DNA of 29,436 bases. Origin: a virus. Taxonomy: Duplodnaviria > Caudoviricetes. Below the pieces are notes generated by a model that worked only from the letters and a program-made list of their open reading frames with translations, searched no databases and was not told the origin of the DNA. Numbering within the stretch: position 1 is the first letter of the stretch; each line of letters starts with the position of its first letter. The translations under genes were made by a program, and so were the position numbers. The stretch is taken from IMG/VR virus record IMGVR_UViG_3300037308_000272, positions 1 to 29,436 of that record. One strand, given 5' to 3'. Positions 24,681-29,436 of the stretch are shown here, piece after piece.

Positions 24681-25991
24681 CTACCATGTCCTTGCTTCCG
24701 CCATGACCGGCGCATACTCGTGCATGTAGAGATAATCCATGTTGTACCTCTGCCTCGCAAAGGTCTTCTCCATCAGGCTTTCATTTTCCCTCATCCTACC
24801 TAGGATGATGAGCGCGATGTCTTTCAAATACTGCTGCTCGTTTTCAATGGTGTGGATCCTCCGGTAGCTGCCGAAATCGAAGTAGAGCGCGTGATTCCCG
24901 GACACCTCCACCTGCTGGTCCAGGCTCTTGTTGAGCACCTGGAGCATGCCGCCGGAGAGCGCTGATTCAGGCACCACCAGGCCGAAACTTTCCTCCCTGG
25001 TCGGAAAGATGAACAGGTTCGAGCACTGGAAAAGCTCCCTCACCATGCGCTGTGAGATCCCGACTTCCCACTCTTTCTTGAGCGTGGAGGTGAAAACCAC
25101 TTCCTCCCCCACCTTGAGGTTTTCTCTCTGCGCCACCTGGTGATACTGCTCCACGCTCTCCTTGTGCTGCCTGGCCGTGGCCCACTGGTTGGCGATCAGG
25201 AGGCACACGGACTGTCCCATGCGCTTGAGGTGCGAGAAGATCAGGATCACTTCGCGCACGCGCTTGGCCGAGAGCCGGTCCGCGCTGGCCGGCAGGATCT
25301 GCACCACGTCGGCCTGCATGATACCGGGCACCCGGTCGATGACCTCGCAGGTCTCCGGGGCAAAGTCAAACCAGGAGCGCAGGTCCTTGATGTGGTGGAT
25401 GACGCGCACGTCCTCGATTGCGCCCCGATACCGCTCGGCGGCCACGAGACGGTCCGTCGCGTTCGGGAACACGAGCTTGTGCCTGGGCCTGTGGGGCCGG
25501 ATGTCCCACCAGTCCTTGTCCCCGGACGGCACGCTGTGGATCCAGTGAAGCCACCTCGCATTCGGCAAATCCTTGCTCGCTTCGACGCACCCGAGCCAGT
25601 AGGGCAGGTTCCAGCCCGTGAAGATCCAGTCATGTGTGGAAATCACGTCCACGCCGGCCAGCTCACGGACCAGCATTTCAGCCGTCTGCTTGGCCGTCTC
25701 CTTGTGCTCCGGCGTCACCTCGCCGACGTTCCTATAATCCTTCAGGTGCGCGAAAGGCACGAGGGGCTTGATTTCCAGCTTGCCGGTTTCCTGGCCTCCC
25801 AGCTTTCTGGCCTCTTCAACGCTGTAATCCTCCGCCGGCGCCGGGTGCTGCTTCGCATGGTAAGCCGTCTGCACGAAGAGCTTCACCTCGTGCCCGTGCC
25901 TGGTCAGCATCCGCACCTGGTCCTTCACGATACCGGTCAGGCTATAACCCGGAATGAATTCCTGGAAACACGTTAGTATCGCCACTCTCAT
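24681..25991 (-). CDS. GT-B fold glycosyltransferase, GT4-like, cytoplasmic
   Basis: MRVAILT...L...GHEV N-terminus; [18 protein letters not shown] with EX7E motif; GGAGG RBS before ATG 25991; no signal peptide or TM segment. Confidence 0.9.
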   Translation of the reverse strand: MRVAILTCFQEFIPGYSLTGIVKDQVRMLTRHGHEVKLFVQTAYHAKQHPAPAEDYSVEEARKLGGQETGKLEIKPLVPFAHLKDYRNVGEVTPEHKETAKQTAEMLVRELAGVDVISTHDWIFTGWNLPYWLGCVEASKDLPNARWLHWIHSVPSGDKDWWDIRPHRPRHKLVFPNATDRLVAAERYRGAIEDVRVIHHIKDLRSWFDFAPETCEVIDRVPGIMQADVVQILPASADRLSAKRVREVILIFSHLKRMGQSVCLLIANQWATARQHKESVEQYHQVAQRENLKVGEEVVFTSTLKKEWEVGISQRMVRELFQCSNLFIFPTREESFGLVVPESALSGGMLQVLNKSLDQQVEVSGNHALYFDFGSYRRIHTIENEQQYLKDIALIILGRMRENESLMEKTFARQRYNMDYLYMHEYAPVMAEARTW

Positions 25992-26185
25992 TTCTTCACC
26001 TCCACGTCGCGCTGGGAATAGAAATTCTGGATCATTTTTCTTGCATGCACCGGGCATATTCCATGACTTCCTTTGACCCCTATCCAATTAAGCACAGTCA
26101 TTTTCCCTTCCGCCTCGCACCAGGCGCACAGCACAGGGAAATTTCTTTTGATCGGAATTGCCAAGGGGACAATGCTAGGGTCCAT
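25988..26185 (-). CDS. Small Cys/His protein (CAWC...SHGICPVH)
   Basis: 65 aa, ATGA-coupled to the glycosyltransferase start. Confidence 0.65.
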   Translation of the reverse strand: MDPSIVPLAIPIKRNFPVLCAWCEAEGKMTVLNWIGVKGSHGICPVHARKMIQNFYSQRDVEVKK

Positions 26186-26186
26186 T

Positions 26187-26345
26187 TCAAGCCTCGGCCG
26201 CTAGGGGTTGCACCGAACATGGCTCGGTAATGGTTCCCAGCCACTTGACGAGCCAATGATACATGAATGATCCGCATTTCGGACAAACCTGCCCTTCGTA
26301 GATCTCTTCGCAGTCGAGACACAGTTTCGCTTTGTTAAGTTTCAT
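26187..26345 (-). CDS. Small Zn-ribbon protein (52 aa; absent from the ORF track)
   Basis: MKLNKAKLCLDCEEIYEGQVCPKCGSFMYHWLVKWL...; AGGGAGG RBS. Confidence 0.7.
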   Translation of the reverse strand: MKLNKAKLCLDCEEIYEGQVCPKCGSFMYHWLVKWLGTITEPCSVQPLAAEA

Positions 26346-26363
26346 CGCCCGCGCCCTCCCTTT

Positions 26364-26873
26364 TTAATCGACCACCGACCGCTGACCGGAGGCATCCGTT
26401 TGTTTGTCTGCTGTCTGCCGTCTGCGGTCTGCCGCCGTCAATTCGTAGCTGTAGACTTCCACCACCTTCTTATCCCCGCCAATCGTCAAGATCCGCTCCA
26501 GCGGCCACTTTTCAATGGCTTCCCGGTTCACGCTCACCGTCCGTTTCAGCCCGTCCTCCCACTTCAGCTCTTCTAATTTCGCGACCGCGTCCCTCGGGAT
26601 ACGGACTTTTGCCTCTTCTCCATAGAGCAGGATCCCCGCCTCCAGTGCCACCTGGTCTGTGCGGTCGAAGAGGTCTCCTTTGTGCCATTTCATGAGCTTA
26701 ATAAGCTCGGCGTCCAGGGCGTACTGGATGTCCTTGAATTTGCCGATCGGATCTTCGTACTTCCTCTTGACCGCAGCCATCTCCTTCTCTGCCGCGATTT
26801 GCAGCCCTGCGATCCGCTCACCGACATCCGCCAACTTCCCCAACAACTCATTCGCTTTTTGCAGTAGCTCCAT
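26364..26873 (-). CDS. gam: Host nuclease inhibitor Gam-like protein
   Basis: N-terminal coiled coil, K..LF...V.L..G.L, then SVNREAI motif; located in the Mu early region. Confidence 0.75.
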   Translation of the reverse strand: MELLQKANELLGKLADVGERIAGLQIAAEKEMAAVKRKYEDPIGKFKDIQYALDAELIKLMKWHKGDLFDRTDQVALEAGILLYGEEAKVRIPRDAVAKLEELKWEDGLKRTVSVNREAIEKWPLERILTIGGDKKVVEVYSYELTAADRRRQTADKQTDASGQRSVVD

Positions 26874-26923
26874 CGTCGTGATCCTCGATTTCAGATTTCA
26901 AAATGATCCTGTTAACCCTGGAA

Positions 26924-26986
26924 GTAGGAAACGGCTTCCCTGCCTGCGCCGCAGCGCCGTCACGGCAGGCACGCACGCCGTTCCGG
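26924..26986 (+). repeat. REP-like palindrome with a nested CCTGCC...GGCAGG insertion
   Basis: GTAGGAAACGGCTTC [CCTGCCTGCGCC...GGCAGGCACG] CACGCCGTTCCGG. Confidence 0.75.
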
Positions 26987-26996
26987 TCTTTCACTT

Positions 26997-27377
26997 TCAC
27001 CTTTGAGCTTCTCCGTGAGATAGGTTTAATCTCATCTGTCCGAGAAGCTCATCCAGGCTGATTTTCTGCATCTTGGCGATCATGTCGAACTTCTTGAGCG
27101 CCTCCTTTTTCCGCCTGCTGAAAAACTGTGAAAGCTCGTGGCTGCTTCTGGCCTGGTAATACCCGCCGCCCTCTCTCGTCCGCACCTCCCCGATCAGCGC
27201 GCCGTTGTACCGCAGCTCCGTGATGAGAGCCCTGATCATCCTTGTATCGTTGATCCGGTTCCGCCAGGGCTCCCCGAAAACCTGTTCGTGCAGTTCTCCC
27301 ATGCCGATCGCTTTTTCCATCCCCATGTGACGCGACATAATTGTCAGGATCTTGACCTTGGCCTCGGCCTTGTTCAT
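26997..27377 (-). CDS. Hypothetical winged-helix-like protein
   Basis: H.G.EKAIGMGEL...RMIRALITELRYNG.LIG...GGYY pattern; GGAGGGAG RBS. Confidence 0.7.
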   Translation of the reverse strand: MNKAEAKVKILTIMSRHMGMEKAIGMGELHEQVFGEPWRNRINDTRMIRALITELRYNGALIGEVRTREGGGYYQARSSHELSQFFSRRKKEALKKFDMIAKMQKISLDELLGQMRLNLSHGEAQR

Positions 27378-27468
27378 GATATTCTCCCTCCTTCATCCTT
27401 CAGCCTTGTTAACGCTCCTCTCATGCAATCTAGGTGCTTTTTCTCCCCGACTCTTGGCTTTGGCTCTA

Positions 27469-27496
27469 GTAGGGAACGGCTTCCACGCCGTTCCGG
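27469..27496 (+). repeat. GTAG-type REP-like palindrome
   Basis: GTAGGGAACGGCTTCCACGCCGTTCCGG. Confidence 0.8.
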
Positions 27497-27549
27497 TTTT
27501 TGTTCTCCCAGTTCCCATGAGTTCGGTACTCGCCCACGATTGGGTTCCC

Positions 27550-28080
27550 CTAGGAGCGCGCGCCGATTTTTCCCACCAGTTCCCTGGCCCGTTTCGCGTT
27601 TTCTTCCGCTGATAACACACTCTCTTCTTTCGTGCTTTCGTCCCTTCGCGCTTTCGTGGTTGCCCTTTCTTCTCTTATGCGCAAATCTACGTCCAGCTTG
27701 GTTCTCGCCTCTTTCCGCTCCCTGTCGCTGATGCCCGCGAGCACGTGCTTGAGGTAATTATGGTTGGTGAAAGGCAGGGTCAGGTCCGCCTTGTTGTTCA
27801 CCGCCGTGAGCGCCTCGACGATGCCACGTTGTGACACCTCGTATTCGAGCCGATTTAGGATGAATTTCCCAGTCTTGAAGAGCCCCGCGATTTCCGTGAG
27901 CAGCCGGAGCAGTTTTTTGACTTTTAGTTTCATCGGGTGTATGCTGAATTTTTCAACGTACTCGAACGCCAGCCTCGAATGATTCCCGAAAACCGGCAGC
28001 AACTGCATCACATCGACCCACTCCTGTTCCGCCATCGCCTCTCTCATCTCAAAATCCTTTCTACAATGCGGGCATTTCAT
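27550..28080 (-). CDS. Hypothetical phage protein (N-terminal CPHC)
   Basis: 176 aa; MKCPHC...PFTNHNYLKHVL. Confidence 0.75.
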   Translation of the reverse strand: MKCPHCRKDFEMREAMAEQEWVDVMQLLPVFGNHSRLAFEYVEKFSIHPMKLKVKKLLRLLTEIAGLFKTGKFILNRLEYEVSQRGIVEALTAVNNKADLTLPFTNHNYLKHVLAGISDRERKEARTKLDVDLRIREERATTKARRDESTKEESVLSAEENAKRARELVGKIGARS

Positions 28081-28172
28081 AGAGTCGCTCCGCTCCAGGC
28101 TAGAGGCACGAGGCTATAGGTTTTCCCTCTTGCCTTCTTGCCTTCCTCTGGCCTATGGCCTCTTGCCTTTTC

Positions 28173-28514
28173 TTAGTCCATTCCGCCGTTATGCTCGCAC
28201 ACGATCCGGTGACACTCCGGGTGGTAGAAATAGTATCCCTGGGGTAACGGCTTTCCTTTTTGCCTGCAAAACTCGTACTGGCAGGTCCGATGGCGTCCGT
28301 CGCTGCGCACCACCTCAGCATTTCTTCTTCGGTAAACCCTCCGCTCTACTTTCCCGCTCCTATATTTCCGGCCATATTCGCTGCAGCATTGTTTGCACTC
28401 GTTTCTGCTCCCATCCCGGTACCTGCTACCCACATGAAACGCCTCCAGGGGCTTTACCTTCAGGCATTTCGAACATCTCTTGGTCATGGTCTCATCAAGA
28501 TTCGGCTTGCACAT
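28173..28514 (-). CDS. Cys-rich Zn-binding hypothetical protein
   Basis: KRCSKCLKVKPLEAF...DG...CKQC motif, as seen N-terminally in phage endonucleases; no clear nuclease domain. Confidence 0.6.
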   Translation of the reverse strand: MCKPNLDETMTKRCSKCLKVKPLEAFHVGSRYRDGSRNECKQCCSEYGRKYRSGKVERRVYRRRNAEVVRSDGRHRTCQYEFCRQKGKPLPQGYYFYHPECHRIVCEHNGGMD

Positions 28515-28600
28515 AACCAAAACATTCCTCTACCGGCGCAACCACGCTATAGGATCGGCATCCACAATGACTTCTCGGATTATTATCCGGGCAAAGATGA

Positions 28601-28906
28601 TTAGCGCAGTGGATCTGTTTTTTCCGTTGCTAAGGTTTCCCGGATAATTCTGTCTCTGATCGGTTTCAGCGTTATTGCCATTTTCACAGTCCACCCTTTG
28701 CGAATTGCACCAAATATCTCATCGACACTCAGATTCTGACTCTGCCACTTATTCCACAGCATAATGGCTCCCTTAATGGTTTTGGCCTGAGGTCCATTGT
28801 GCTCATGATTTTCGCACCTGACTAAATAACCATGTTTGCTATTGGTGGAATAACTTCTCGTCAGTTCTCCATTGCCTCCGCATTTACATGGTTTGATTTT
28901 CATCAT
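28601..28906 (-). CDS. Lar-like (restriction alleviation) Zn-finger protein
   Basis: IKPCKCGG...VRC...AIMLWN pattern; AT-rich relative to the surrounding genes. Confidence 0.55.
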   Translation of the reverse strand: MMKIKPCKCGGNGELTRSYSTNSKHGYLVRCENHEHNGPQAKTIKGAIMLWNKWQSQNLSVDEIFGAIRKGWTVKMAITLKPIRDRIIRETLATEKTDPLR

Positions 28907-28930
28907 TTCTCTTCATCCTCCATCCTTCAG

Positions 28931-29018
28931 CCTTCCTTGAGATCTCAAATTTCAAATTTGAAATTTCAAATTTCCCTCTCGCCTCCCGCCTATCGCCTAT
29001 TGCCTTCTTCATCCTTCA
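28931..29018. repeat. Composite ~80-bp intergenic repeat, copy B
   Basis: Direct repeat of 21791..21870. Confidence 0.92.
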
Positions 29019-29436
29019 TCTCTGTCTGAGATTTTCCTGATCACGGCCAGCAGCCTTTTGAGCTTGTCCACGTTCTTGCACCAGGCCAAGTCGTGGACCC
29101 CGCAGATCTTGCGGAGAAGGCCTCTGAACCGCTTCTCGTCCAGCTCCGTGTTCAGCAGCTCCTGGCCAACCCGTTCCTTCAGCGCTTCGACTTGTTGCGA
29201 TCTGTCTCCCTCTCCCCTGCCTACCGCGCTCCGCTTGGCGCAGGCAGGCCCGGCGTCGGGCCTACTACAATCTCCCTCTCCCCTGGCGGGAGAGGGTCGG
29301 GGTGAGGGGGACCACCCCTTGGATTGAAACCGCGCCACCAAGCTTAAAAGCTCCGCGTTGCTTAGGCAGGCCGAGCTATCCACGCCGTACTCGTTCCGGA
29401 GGATCATCCGGTAGAGATCGTCGTCATAACCCAGCT
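29009..29436 (-). CDS. gemA: GemA/gp16-like (DUF1018) protein, 5'-truncated
   Basis: LGYDDDLYRMILRNEYGVDSSACLSNAELLSLVARFQSKGW...RFRGLLRKICGV.DLAW; frame open to the window end. Confidence 0.8.
   Translation of the reverse strand, partial: LGYDDDLYRMILRNEYGVDSSACLSNAELLSLVARFQSKGWSPSPRPSPARGEGDCSRPDAGPACAKRSAVGRGEGDRSQQVEALKERVGQELLNTELDEKRFRGLLRKICGVHDLAWCKNVDKLKRLLAVIRKISDRDEG

Larger units (their letters stand above)
1..29436 (-). mobile_element. Mu-like (transposable) prophage/phage, internal segment from the semi-essential early region through the tail genes; non-contractile tail
   Basis: Co-oriented gemA-like, gam-like, lysozyme, DUF1804 terS, gp28 terminase, gp29 portal, gp30 MuF, gp31, gp32 protease, gp36 and gp37 in Mu order. 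No sheath gene seen. Ends and transposase not in the window. Confidence 0.95.

Noticed and set aside
8745-25976. Long plus-strand ORFs (e.g. 8745..9797, 14481..15596, 20443..21246, 25140..25976)
   Set aside because: Antisense shadows of well-supported high-GC minus-strand genes.
27393-27620. 75-aa minus-strand ORF
   Set aside because: It overlaps the upstream gene and is largely translated REP and heptamer repeats; coding status is unsupported.
1-29436. tRNA/rRNA genes, transposase, invertase or phage ends
   Set aside because: None recognisable by eye; the phage ends and MuA/MuB should lie outside the window.

Overview
The whole window is an internal segment of a Mu-like (transposable) prophage or phage encoded almost entirely on the minus strand. 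Read right to left it contains: a semi-essential early region (GemA/gp16-like, Gam-like, small Zn-finger ORFs), a GT4-type glycosyltransferase, DUF2513, a Com-like Zn-ribbon gene with a structured leader and terminator, a lysis cassette, Mu-type head genes (terS, terL, portal, MuF, gpG, protease I/Z), a lambda-like decoration/major capsid pair, gp36/gp37, a non-contractile tail (tube, G/G-T chaperone with a -1 frameshift, tape measure, Cys-rich tail tip), a DUF2341/LamG adhesin and a mucin-like Ser/Thr protein truncated at the left edge. The transposase genes and phage ends are outside the window. The main candidate system is phage-encoded virion O-glycosylation: a cytoplasmic GT4 enzyme together with matching (T)n-SSS-TTTT(T)A tags on the C-termini of the head decoration and tail-tube proteins and a long mucin-like domain. 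Other notable items are a MuF HExxH extension with a leaderless antisense partner gene, a possible Com-dependent antitermination leader carrying a 28-bp duplication, and many nested micro-repeat families at gene junctions and in frame inside genes. All family calls come from motif recognition and synteny; no database search was run.
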